From: a virus
Direction: 5' to 3' (one strand)
Length of the DNA: 64,000 nucleotides
IMG/VR virus record: IMGVR_UViG_3300025128_006668
Coordinates: 61,402 to 125,401 of that record
Position 1 is the first letter of the stretch. Each line of letters opens with the position of its first letter. The notes under the pieces were generated by a model, which was given only the letters and a program-made list of their open reading frames with translations, searched no databases and was not told where the DNA came from. This document shows, one piece after another, positions 51,357 through 59,818 of this stretch. The position numbers were made by a program, and so were the translations under genes.

Positions 51357-51690
51357 CTTCTTTCTTCTTTATTCTCTGAATGGCGTCCCACTCTAGTATT
51401 TTAAAGAAGAAGCTTTCATAAACCTCTTCGTTATTTTTTATTGCATCATGGCATTTCTTGCATAATGTAATACCGTTTGTTACATCATATCTCATAGAAG
51501 GGTGACTAGCCCACTTCTTAATATGATGAACATGCAATTTACTTTTTGAACCACATCCCGGATACTTACACACATTGCCATCCCTCTTACGCACTTCTTT
51601 TCTAAAATTAGCATAAGCAGGGTCGTCATAGTTTCTGGAATTGTTATAGTTCGAGCGAAAATTCTTTCTCTTCTTCGGCATCAAGATCAC
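51346..51690 (-). CDS. HNH endonuclease
   Basis: RDGNVCKYPGC...HVHHI...NGITLCKKCH. Confidence 0.9.
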   Translation of the reverse strand: MILMPKKRKNFRSNYNNSRNYDDPAYANFRKEVRKRDGNVCKYPGCGSKSKLHVHHIKKWASHPSMRYDVTNGITLCKKCHDAIKNNEEVYESFFFKILEWDAIQRIKKKEDEQ

Positions 51691-52759
51691 TTTCTAACAT
51701 TCTCTGTACTAAGTTCTCAAATGAGACCTCAGGATTCCAACCAAGCGTCTTTCTTGCTTTAGAGGGCTCTCCCTTGAGGTATTCCACTTCTGCTGGTCTA
51801 TAGAACTCGGGATCTATTACAACGAATTCTGAGTAGTTATCAATCTCAAAATATTCAAAAGCATGAACTAAAAAGTCATGGACGCTGTGTGTTTCTCCAG
51901 TAGCTATTACATAGTCGTCAGGCTCGTCCTGCTGCAGCATAAGCCACATTGCTTTAACATAGTCCTCAGCATGCCCCCAGTCTCTAAATGCGTGCAGATT
52001 GCCTAGACGGAGCTTAGGGAACTCAGATCTTCTTGAGTGGATATGATCATCATCAAAAAAGAAATGTCTCGAATCAAGATCAAGGCCTTGGTCAAATGCC
52101 CACTTGGCAAAAGCAGCTAGCCATTTAGTTATCTTTCTAGTAACGAAGTTCTCACCTCTTCGTTCGCTCTCGTGGTTAAATAATATTCCACATGAAGAGT
52201 GAAGGCCGAAACCTTCTCTATAGATCCGCACCAAATGGTGGGATGCTAGCTTCGCAGCACCATAGGGACTCTGAGGCTCAAAAACCGTTTCTTCATCTTG
52301 AAATTTTTCAGAATTTGAACCATCTTCCGCGTTGGCGACTAGTTCTCCGTCAACCAGAACGTCGTAGTTTTTTCCAAACATTTCACTTGTGCTAGCTTGG
52401 TAAAATCTTGTGGAAGGTGAAAATCGTCTAATTGCCTCAAGGAAATTCACCACCCCTATCGTATTAACTTGGATAGTGTAGTTAGGCTGGTCAAACGATG
52501 TCCCGACATGTGATTGTGCAGCAAGGTTATAAATTTCATCAGGTTGATGTTTATCAACTATAGAATATACAGATCCGCTATCTATAATTTCGAATTCTTC
52601 GACAGAAAAGAACTCTGAACTTATATGTGATATCCTATCGTGATTAGAAGTGCTTGCTCTGCGCTTAAGACCAACTACCTCATATCCTTTTTCTAATAGC
52701 AGTTCTGCTAGAAAAGACCCATCCTGACCGGTAATGCCAGTTATTAAAGCTTTCCTCAC
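51644..52759 (-). CDS. gmd: GDP-mannose 4,6-dehydratase
   Basis: ALITGITGQDGS, NLAAQSHV, QASTSE, SPYGAAK, LFNHES, FVTRKIT, RDWGHA, RPAEV. Confidence 0.95.
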   Translation of the reverse strand: MRKALITGITGQDGSFLAELLLEKGYEVVGLKRRASTSNHDRISHISSEFFSVEEFEIIDSGSVYSIVDKHQPDEIYNLAAQSHVGTSFDQPNYTIQVNTIGVVNFLEAIRRFSPSTRFYQASTSEMFGKNYDVLVDGELVANAEDGSNSEKFQDEETVFEPQSPYGAAKLASHHLVRIYREGFGLHSSCGILFNHESERRGENFVTRKITKWLAAFAKWAFDQGLDLDSRHFFFDDDHIHSRRSEFPKLRLGNLHAFRDWGHAEDYVKAMWLMLQQDEPDDYVIATGETHSVHDFLVHAFEYFEIDNYSEFVVIDPEFYRPAEVEYLKGEPSKARKTLGWNPEVSFENLVQRMLESDLDAEEEKEFSLEL

Positions 52760-53581
52760 TTATTCATCCTCCTCATCTTTGACTGTGTCAGCATTAAGGA
52801 ACGGCTGGTCTACTCCTCCATCCTCAAACGTATGGTAGTCAGACAGTGCCTTCAACGCTTTATTTGCGGCAAGCCTATTGATTTCCATACTCTCTTCCTC
52901 ACGCTTACGAAACTGTTCATCATCAAGTTGTTTTAACCAAGCTGAAAAGTTTGTCTTTGCGTCAGCTGCATTTCGCTTACGCTGTTCTCTTGTCCCCTTC
53001 AAATCTTTTAGGAGACGCTCCTTCTTTGTCAGTAACTTCTCATGTTCATTAATATAAGCAGACTTACTAGCCATCGCAGCACCTAATTGCGTCTGGAAAC
53101 TAGCGATAGCCTGAGTGTCTTGCATATCTGTAGGTTTTCTTATTTCATCTTCGATAAGTTGGTTTAGTCGTGACACATTTTGGAGAACCTCTTGCCGATC
53201 TTCCATTCCACGATTAATTAAAACCTCAGTCCTGATAACCTCTAGAATTTGCATCTCTTCTGTATGAGTAACATCCTCTGAGAACTGACGATAATAGTCA
53301 ATCCACTGATGTTCAAAGAAAATCAACTCAGAATCATGAAATTGTTTTCTTAATTCATTATAATAATATCTTTTTCTAAGATTAATAAGAAGATGCTCTT
53401 CATCTGTTAAATCGCGCGCCTTTAAATTTTCCTTATCAATGAACTTATTAATAGGACCCGTAGTCCTGTTCAAAGTTTCCGCTATTTCTTCAATAGATAA
53501 ATCAAAACAGTTTTGCCTAATATAGTCCATCTCCCCGTTGGAAAGTTTACCACGTTTCCTTGTCAATATTATGCTCCTCAA
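52760..53581 (-). CDS. HTH + coiled-coil protein, possible terminase small subunit
   Basis: N-terminal HTH (LSIEEIAETLNRT); lies upstream of the terminase cluster. Confidence 0.4.
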   Translation of the reverse strand: MRSIILTRKRGKLSNGEMDYIRQNCFDLSIEEIAETLNRTTGPINKFIDKENLKARDLTDEEHLLINLRKRYYYNELRKQFHDSELIFFEHQWIDYYRQFSEDVTHTEEMQILEVIRTEVLINRGMEDRQEVLQNVSRLNQLIEDEIRKPTDMQDTQAIASFQTQLGAAMASKSAYINEHEKLLTKKERLLKDLKGTREQRKRNAADAKTNFSAWLKQLDDEQFRKREEESMEINRLAANKALKALSDYHTFEDGGVDQPFLNADTVKDEEDE

Positions 53582-54143
53582 CTATTAAGTTTATTTCCTC
53601 TAGCAATCTAGTTCTTCTATTTTTAGAAAGCTTTAAATTGTTAATAAATCTTATCCAGTCCTCTCGTAAAGAAACCGGAAGCGCTATATCTATTATCTCA
53701 AATACTTCCTTCGTAAATAAAGTACTAAAGAAGCTTTCATTGTGTTCGTTTTGTTCAAATTCTAATGTAACTGATTTCATTAGGCTTTTCTTAGCGTTGT
53801 TGCGTTGACACCACCCTTTATATAGTGCACACTCATCTTGTCTATCAAAAGCTAGGCATTTCTGATTTCTAAAGAACTCACATGTATCACATGGTTTCTC
53901 TGGTCTGGAATAATTGTTCCTCTTAAAGTTATAGAGACGATTTCTTACATGTGTCCAGAGAAAATTCTCAAGTGGTCTCTTTTCATCATACTTTTCTAGA
54001 CCTTCCCAAGCAAATAGACTTGCCTGCTGCTTAATATCATCTACTTCATGATAACCAAAACGAAATTTTCTACAAAGTCTTGTAGCAACTCTCTCTATGG
54101 TCTCTATGACTTCTTCCTCAGTCATGTTAGAAGGAATGTGCAA
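53547..54143 (-). CDS. sigma-factor-like protein with Cys insertion
   Basis: DDIKQQASLFAWEGLEKYD...ENFLWTHVRNRLYN region-2-like; CDTC..C..C. Confidence 0.65.
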   Translation of the reverse strand: MHIPSNMTEEEVIETIERVATRLCRKFRFGYHEVDDIKQQASLFAWEGLEKYDEKRPLENFLWTHVRNRLYNFKRNNYSRPEKPCDTCEFFRNQKCLAFDRQDECALYKGWCQRNNAKKSLMKSVTLEFEQNEHNESFFSTLFTKEVFEIIDIALPVSLREDWIRFINNLKLSKNRRTRLLEEINLIVEEHNIDKETW

Positions 54144-54144
54144 A

Positions 54145-54291
54145 TTAATCCTCTAGATTCTCTAAAAGCTCTTCAATATCTTTTTCCTCTGACGCATTAG
54201 CTAACTCTTCTTGAACTTCTTGGTCCAGCTCCTCAGACGCTGTTACCTTAAGCTCAGACGGCGTTAGCTTTACATTGTCTTTATCTGTCAT
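54145..54291 (-). CDS. 48-aa acidic hypothetical protein (not in ORF track)
   Basis: MTDKDNVKLTPSEL...LENLED with AAAGGGA RBS. Confidence 0.5.
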   Translation of the reverse strand: MTDKDNVKLTPSELKVTASEELDQEVQEELANASEEKDIEELLENLED

Positions 54292-54375
54292 AAAACTTTC
54301 CCTTTACATGAAACAATTTTCTGTTATAGGTTATATAATATTATATACACGAAAGACCACTTTTAGGGGATTAAA

Positions 54376-54585
54376 ATGAACATAAAATGGACAGAAGAAG
54401 ACAAGCAGTTCGTTATAGATAACTCAAAGTACATGAAAGATAAAGAAGTTGCTGAAAAGTTAAGCGAACAGGCTGGTAGAAAGGTCTCTCTTGACGCTGT
54501 TAGAAAGATGAGACAAAAACTAGGCATAAAAAAGAAACAAGGTCGAGGTATATGCGGAGTTATAGATAATGAACAAGGAAGATAA
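54376..54585 (+). CDS. small HTH protein
   Basis: KWTEEDKQF...DKEVAEKL...AVRKMRQKLG. Confidence 0.7.
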   Translation: MNIKWTEEDKQFVIDNSKYMKDKEVAEKLSEQAGRKVSLDAVRKMRQKLGIKKKQGRGICGVIDNEQGR

Positions 54586-55339
54586 GAAAAAGTTGGTGGA
54601 CAGCTACAAGTATTGGTGGCATTCTATTGACTTTGGAGACGGGGTTTGGTCGGATGGAGAGAAGGCAGACTGTTTACCCGTAGAGAAAAGGATGATAAGT
54701 GAAGTTGAAAAATGGCGATTTCCTGAAAACTACTTCAAGGGTAAGAGAGTATTAGATATTGGAAGCTGGGACGGATACTACGCATTCCTAGCAGAAGAAA
54801 GAGGGGCCTCAGAGGTTGTTGCTCTAGACTTATGGTCAGAAAAGATATCGCTTGGATTCGATAAAAAAACAAAAGAAGGGTTTGATATAGCTAAGTCTAT
54901 AAAGAATTCTAATGTTATAGACATAGATATGAATATATATGATGCTACAGAAGAAGTACTGGGAAAATTTGATGTAGTTCTATTTGCCGGAGTGTTGTAT
55001 CATCTGCAAGATCCGATGCGGGCCTTAAGAACAATATGGGATATAATGAACGAGAACAGCAGCCTAATGGTCGAAACAACAACGATACCTGATAGTAGAG
55101 GATATGGTGATGCTTTGCTTGCTCAGTTCCATGCACTGGCTGAAGTCAACAACGATTCAACAAACTTTTGGAATTTTAGTAAGAGTGCTTTGAAGGCAGT
55201 TCTACAAGAATTGAACTTTGTAGTAGATGAGTTCCCTAGAGTTACAGTCGAAGGGGAAGACTCTGAGAGGTCGGTATGTTACTGCAAAAAGCCGATAGAT
55301 AGAAGAGATAGACTGGAACAATGGAAAAACCAATTGTAA
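54569..55339 (+). CDS. class I SAM methyltransferase (CmoB/DUF1698-like)
   Basis: WWHSIDFGDG, RVLDIGSWDGYY, FDVVLFAGVLYHLQDP. Confidence 0.88.
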   Translation: MNKEDKKKLVDSYKYWWHSIDFGDGVWSDGEKADCLPVEKRMISEVEKWRFPENYFKGKRVLDIGSWDGYYAFLAEERGASEVVALDLWSEKISLGFDKKTKEGFDIAKSIKNSNVIDIDMNIYDATEEVLGKFDVVLFAGVLYHLQDPMRALRTIWDIMNENSSLMVETTTIPDSRGYGDALLAQFHALAEVNNDSTNFWNFSKSALKAVLQELNFVVDEFPRVTVEGEDSERSVCYCKKPIDRRDRLEQWKNQL

Positions 55340-55684
55340 GAGAGGTGCCAAATGACCACTTTTATAAATATCAAACGACCAGTTTTTTAGATAAACCTTC
55401 CAAGTGTTGTCTGTACCACCTAGCACATTTTTCTATTCGGGACGACAGAAGTCTGAGATTATAAAACTACCCCCTCGCTAGGAGGGTGGTGAGCTGGCAC
55501 TATACCCCTAGAAATGACTGTATTAAAACGATGTGTTATTACGATACATTTGTAGCTATATGATACAGTGATAAATTACTTACTATAATCAGTCGGCGGG
55601 ATAAAATAAAATATTTATCTGGTTATATGCTTATATAGTAGACGTATAAAAATAAAAAAAAATTACCTCTGGATTGGCACGCTT

Positions 55685-55700
55685 TGGCACGCGGATTGCA
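55685..55700 (+). promoter_or_regulatory. sigma54-type -24/-12 promoter
   Basis: TGGCACG-CGGA-TTGCA matches the consensus exactly, upstream of the RBS and ATG at 55729. Confidence 0.65.
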
Positions 55701-55728
55701 CTATATATACTATAGAAAGGTAAATAAT

Positions 55729-55935
55729 ATGATACTAATAGAAAACTTCATTGAAAACATTCCTCAAGATTGTGAGATTGCAATCGCTGGCCGTGGCGTC
55801 CGTTGTGACTGGAAATATAAAACAAAGGCAGAGCTGGTTGAGTTCGATGGCGATAGCGTTATGTTCTATGCTCCCTATGTAAAGAGATACATTCATACAG
55901 ATAAAAAAAGTATACTTTCTTACGAAATAATCTGA
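55729..55935 (+). CDS. early hypothetical protein
   Basis: GAAAGG RBS before the ATG. Confidence 0.55.
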   Translation: MILIENFIENIPQDCEIAIAGRGVRCDWKYKTKAELVEFDGDSVMFYAPYVKRYIHTDKKSILSYEII

Positions 55936-55939
55936 GAGA

Positions 55940-55971
55940 ATGACCTAACGTGTCACAGCTATAGACGATAA
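55940..55971 (+). promoter_or_regulatory. TGAC-N7-GTCAC-N9-CGATAA promoter-like motif, copy 1
   Basis: Same spacing at 58590 and 58805. Confidence 0.55.
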
Positions 55972-56015
55972 TAATAATATAACAAATACAACACGTTCTT
56001 GAAAGGAACAAAAAT

Positions 56016-56138
56016 ATGATTACTGAACCTACTAATGAAGACTTGAACGAAGTCGAAGAAGTGTCCACTCAAGAGTGGAACGACGCTTGCGACGTGTGGG
56101 ATTTGATGCACGACGAATACGGCCTAGCTGATATGTAG
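56016..56138 (+). CDS. 40-aa acidic early protein
   Basis: GAAAGGA RBS; MITEPTNEDL...GLADM. Confidence 0.5.
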   Translation: MITEPTNEDLNEVEEVSTQEWNDACDVWDLMHDEYGLADM

Positions 56139-56139
56139 T

Positions 56140-56196
56140 CTGCCATTTTGGCAGTTGGGCCGGCCCCAAATCGTTATTGAGACATAATCTCATTAA
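56140..56196 (+). repeat. triple-palindrome intergenic element, copy 1
   Basis: CTGCCATTTTGGCAG + TTGGGCCGGCCCCAA + TGAGA-N5-TCTCA. Confidence 0.9.
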
Positions 56197-56227
56197 CAAA
56201 AAAGATTGATAAATCCCAAGAAAATAC

Positions 56228-56267
56228 TCAAGTATCTATTGACAAGTGCCGATAAATATAGTATAGT
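56228..56267 (+). promoter_or_regulatory. sigma70 promoter with overlapping sigma28-like elements
   Basis: TTGACA-N17-TATAGT; TCAAG...GCCGATAA. Confidence 0.75.
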
Positions 56268-56497
56268 TAAGGTATAACCAGTTAATCGAAAGGATAGAAA
56301 ATGATTGATAAGATGATTGAACTAAGAAAAGAATTTGGCCTGCATGGCCTAGCGATGATCTCGGCGTTTGGCGTGTTCGTCGTAGGCTGGTACGTAAAAG
56401 AATTATTAATTTATTTACAGAAAATAATGTAATTGCTATTGACAAATCACGAAGTTTATGGTATAATATAATCATGTTAAACGAAAGGAAAAACGAC

Positions 56498-56668
56498 ATG
56501 ACTAAAGCACAAGCAGAACTAAGCCTGATTAAGATTAATGCTGATATCGAAGCTAAGATTATCGAGCATAAGAATGAGCTAGGCGAGTACAATAAGAGTA
56601 TCGTTGAGGGTGAGCTAGAGTACCTCTGGAAAGTAAAGAATGCTTTAACAAAAATAATTGCAAAATAG
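56498..56668 (+). CDS. early hypothetical protein
   Basis: AACGAAAGGAAA leader; TTGACA promoter at 56439. Confidence 0.6.
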   Translation: MTKAQAELSLIKINADIEAKIIEHKNELGEYNKSIVEGELEYLWKVKNALTKIIAK

Positions 56669-56669
56669 T

Positions 56670-56710
56670 TAAAGATTACCCTTGACAAACGCCGATATAT
56701 ATAGTATAAT
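56670..56710 (+). promoter_or_regulatory. sigma70 promoter with overlapping sigma28-like elements
   Basis: TTGACA-N17-TATAAT; TAAAG...GCCGATAT. Confidence 0.85.
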
Positions 56711-56738
56711 GATAGTATCAAACGAAAGGAAAATTGAT

Positions 56739-56984
56739 ATGAAAATTTCAGATTTACAACCAGCCGCTTACCCACAATCGCCTTCAGTGGAAAAGCCTAA
56801 CAGTGATGCACATGCACTGTTCACTAACGACTTCAATAAGAATAGCTTCATCGAAGCTAATGGAGATGTCGAGATCGTTTGGAACGAACGATACAAATAT
56901 TGGGAAGTTCCTGCCTTTGCTGAAGGACGTGCGGCTTACTGCAAAGCTAAGCAACGTGCTTGCGATACTTGGGGATGTGAATAA
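56739..56984 (+). CDS. early hypothetical protein
   Basis: AACGAAAGGAAA leader before the ATG. Confidence 0.6.
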   Translation: MKISDLQPAAYPQSPSVEKPNSDAHALFTNDFNKNSFIEANGDVEIVWNERYKYWEVPAFAEGRAAYCKAKQRACDTWGCE

Positions 56985-57063
56985 CCACTACCTGTTTGCC
57001 TTTAGTGGGGTTACACGTGAGTTCTGTTTGCCTTTTATAGGGTTACACTGGAGATAAGAAAAT

Positions 57064-57231
57064 ATGGAATTTGTAGTATATAAGTCAGAGAAAGACAATA
57101 CAGGCCGATTGGTAGAGCTTGTATATAATAGACATTGTGAGCATTACGAGGTTGTTATAGATGGATTAACAGAGTTGAACTTTCAGAGATATGAACAGGC
57201 AAATTATGAATTTGAAATGGAGTGTGTATAA
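57064..57231 (+). CDS. 55-aa hypothetical protein
   Basis: GGAG RBS; MEFVVYKS...EMECV. Confidence 0.45.
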   Translation: MEFVVYKSEKDNTGRLVELVYNRHCEHYEVVIDGLTELNFQRYEQANYEFEMECV

Positions 57232-57411
57232 TGAAGGAAAAGTTTAATGAGTGGTTGTTCTGGGGAATGACTTCAGTTTGGTTAGGGTTTGGATGTTATA
57301 TTATATGGGTGACTAGATGAAGATGCGAAGAATTCACGCGGTACAATTAGCTAGAGAATTCAAGCGATTGGAAAAGAAGAAACCAGTACAGAAAAAGAAA
57401 GGGCTATTATC

Positions 57412-57726
57412 ATGGCTAGGGAAACAGAAATAAAATCAGCGGTATTTTGCACACTGGCTCTATTGGCTGGGCTATGCTGTGCAGTATTGCTAGGGTGTAG
57501 TAGGTCAAAGGTAGAGCATGGTGCAGAGATCATAGAGCTTAAGCCGCTTGAGACACAGACGCAAGAGCTTACCATTCCTAATTACGATTATAATAAACTC
57601 TGTAAAGGATGTGGATTTACAAAAGGGACTGACTCGTGGTGTGAGCTTCATGCTAATCCATTTAGTCACCCTGATAATCCACTCATGATGTCAGAAGAAC
57701 ACTGCATTGCGATGCGAAAGAGATAG
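57412..57726 (+). CDS. hypothetical protein, possible lipoprotein
   Basis: Hydrophobic stretch ending LLGC. Confidence 0.45.
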   Translation: MARETEIKSAVFCTLALLAGLCCAVLLGCSRSKVEHGAEIIELKPLETQTQELTIPNYDYNKLCKGCGFTKGTDSWCELHANPFSHPDNPLMMSEEHCIAMRKR

Positions 57727-57754
57727 GGCGTGCTGTTCCGCTTCTTAATTAAAT

Positions 57755-57819
57755 AGAGCAGATTTCCTTTCGTTGTGGCCTGCCGGTTGAACTTTCAGCC
57801 GGTGGGCTTTTTGTTTTTC
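57755..57819 (+). ncRNA. candidate antisense sRNA/3'-UTR with anti-RBS seed and intrinsic terminator
   Basis: ATTTCCTTTCGTT (57762-57774) is the reverse complement of the early leader AACGAAAGGAAAT; followed by a GC hairpin and T-run. Confidence 0.45.
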
Positions 57820-57856
57820 TCAATCTAGCTTTCTTGGTTTTGCTATAAAAAATAGG

Positions 57857-57902
57857 TTTGGGGCCCGCCCGGCGCGGCTTGTTGAGACTCGATCTCAATA
57901 AG
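57857..57902 (+). repeat. triple-palindrome element, copy 2 (lacks first palindrome)
   Basis: TGGGGCCCGCCC...TTGTTGAGACTCGATCTCAATAAG. Confidence 0.85.
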
Positions 57903-58072
57903 AAAAAACTTTGCTATTTCTCCAGAATATCTAAAGGTTAGGGCTATACATGCCGATAATAATAGTATAGAATGAAAGGAGAACAATATGACATTCTTAT
58001 TTTTACTTATTGGTGCTTGCTTGGTTGGTTTTCTTGGGGCAGAAGTTTTACAATAAAATTCTGATTTTACTC

Positions 58073-58101
58073 TTGACAACCGGCTTAATTTATGTTATAA
58101 T
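58073..58101 (+). promoter_or_regulatory. sigma70 promoter
   Basis: TTGACA-N17-TATAAT with TG extension. Confidence 0.85.
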
Positions 58102-58139
58102 GTAGTTATAACGAAAGACAATTTTTTAGGAGTCTCACT

Positions 58140-58430
58140 ATGAGCGACAAACTTTTCAACGCCGAACTTCGTGACTGTGCCCGTGTTGACGAAAAGGTTT
58201 CCATCTTCGAGCATCACCGCCGTGCTATGGAAGCCGCAGAGAAACGCACCTACACTGAGGAGGAGATTGCGATGTATGAGCGAACCATCGAACTTGATGC
58301 GGAGGATCTCGCGCGTGCGCAGGGGGATTGGGAAGCCGCCGCCGATCAGGGTCATGACTGGAATGACTATGACGAAATCGACCTCTATGGTGCGGACTGG
58401 GATTCCTTCGCAGTACGTGATTGGGACTAA
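58140..58430 (+). CDS. acidic early hypothetical protein
   Basis: AGGAG RBS downstream of the promoter. Confidence 0.65.
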   Translation: MSDKLFNAELRDCARVDEKVSIFEHHRRAMEAAEKRTYTEEEIAMYERTIELDAEDLARAQGDWEAAADQGHDWNDYDEIDLYGADWDSFAVRDWD

Positions 58431-58492
58431 CGCCCGTATGGGAACTGGCGCCGAAAGGCTAGGGTTAAGAGCTACTGCATCCCAAAGGCAAC

Positions 58493-58550
58493 CTGCCAAA
58501 ATGGCAGCTGGGGCGGGCCCAAATCGTTAATGAGACTGAATCTCAATAAG
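58493..58550 (+). repeat. triple-palindrome element, copy 3
   Basis: CTGCCAAAATGGCAG-CTGGGGCGGGCCCAA-TGAGACTGAATCTCA. Confidence 0.9.
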
Positions 58551-58589
58551 CTAAAAAAGATTATATTATTCTGAAAAAATGTTGAGCGA

Positions 58590-58621
58590 GTGACCTAACG
58601 TGTCACGACCATGTGCGATAA
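58590..58621 (+). promoter_or_regulatory. GTGAC-N7-GTCAC-N9-CGATAA motif, copy 2
   Basis: Conserved spacing; AAGGAG RBS downstream. Confidence 0.55.
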
Positions 58622-58804
58622 TATATATATAAGGAGTTAAGGAAATGATGAACAACAGACAAATAGCAATAGCAAAACACAACGCGAGCAAAAAACGCTT
58701 TGCGGACATATTCACCGGATGCCTAGCACACGGCACGCTGAAGCAAACACAGAAGAAAAAAAAGACCTTCAAATTGCCAAAAAATAAATAATCAACCGGC
58801 ACGA

Positions 58805-58836
58805 GTGACCAACCGTGTCACACGCTTAGACGATAA
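58805..58836 (+). promoter_or_regulatory. GTGAC-N7-GTCAC-N9-CGATAA motif, copy 3
   Basis: Conserved spacing; precedes the ORF at 58873. Confidence 0.55.
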
Positions 58837-58872
58837 TATATATATACAAGAGATTAACAAAAGGAAAAACAG

Positions 58873-59094
58873 ATGAAACAATTCAACGTTCTAGCCGTCG
58901 TCCCAGTCACTCGAAAAGAAAGAACCTTTCGGAATGTTGACGCTAAAGACCTGTTCCACAACGAACACGGCGAAACATACTTCCGATACAATCGGTTGGT
59001 TAACTGGGAAGTTATCACAGCTACAGAAATCCCACAGGAAAAGTTGGATGCTGAGCTGGCATACTTTACAAAATTTGGAACTAAAAATGAATAG
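58873..59094 (+). CDS. early hypothetical protein
   Basis: AAAGGA RBS. Confidence 0.6.
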   Translation: MKQFNVLAVVPVTRKERTFRNVDAKDLFHNEHGETYFRYNRLVNWEVITATEIPQEKLDAELAYFTKFGTKNE

Positions 59095-59158
59095 AAATAA
59101 TGCTTGCAATATAAAATTGCGTATGTTAAAATATTAGTATAGAACGAAAGGAAATAAA

Positions 59159-59395
59159 ATGGCTTATACAGCATATGAAATCAGACGAACGAAAGAAACT
59201 CCAACCGGCAAGCGTCACCTAGTGCGATGCAACCGACTAGGCAAGTGGGCAATCACTAGCTGGGTAGGTTCAACCGGCTCAGCTATGGGTAGCGTTGAAT
59301 GTCAGGGTGAATATGACTATGTCATAAAGAAGTGGAAACAACTTGTCGGCGCAGAAAGTTTCGAAGCATTACGTAAATTAGCAGTAGGAGAGTGA
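59159..59395 (+). CDS. early hypothetical protein
   Basis: AACGAAAGGAAAT leader. Confidence 0.65.
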   Translation: MAYTAYEIRRTKETPTGKRHLVRCNRLGKWAITSWVGSTGSAMGSVECQGEYDYVIKKWKQLVGAESFEALRKLAVGE

Positions 59396-59652
59396 ATATG
59401 ATAGTTGCAGATGAAAGAGCCAAAGACGGCTTAGAGCTTTTCGACATAGACGGAACGGAATCGTTCGAGATGAAAAACGAAACGCTTCGGATGTGTGCGG
59501 ATGAAGATGGTTCGATATGGTACTCTGTGCGAGGCCTGACCATAAAAGACGCAGACGGAAATACGTTGTTTACTTTATCGTGGTCGGAGAATGGCGTTTG
59601 TGGTTCGCTATACGATGACGAGTTGACCGTTGAGATAGAGGAGGAGTTCTAA
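59392..59652 (+). CDS. hypothetical protein
   Basis: Coupled ORF. Confidence 0.55.
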   Translation: MNMIVADERAKDGLELFDIDGTESFEMKNETLRMCADEDGSIWYSVRGLTIKDADGNTLFTLSWSENGVCGSLYDDELTVEIEEEF

Positions 59653-59818
59653 TGAGAATTTTACAAACCGATTGCACACCGGAGCAAGTACAAAAAGATT
59701 TGCCGGAGCTAGAAAGATTAAATCGTGAAGCGATGGAAACAAAAATCATGTGGGAGTTCTTCGGTGGAACAATCACACTAGAAAACGGACACAAGTATCA
59801 GGTAACAGGAGAATAGAC

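Noticed and set aside
58590-58606. CRP/FNR site
   Set aside because: The half-site spacing (GTGA-N9-TCAC) does not match the N6 spacing of CRP/FNR sites.
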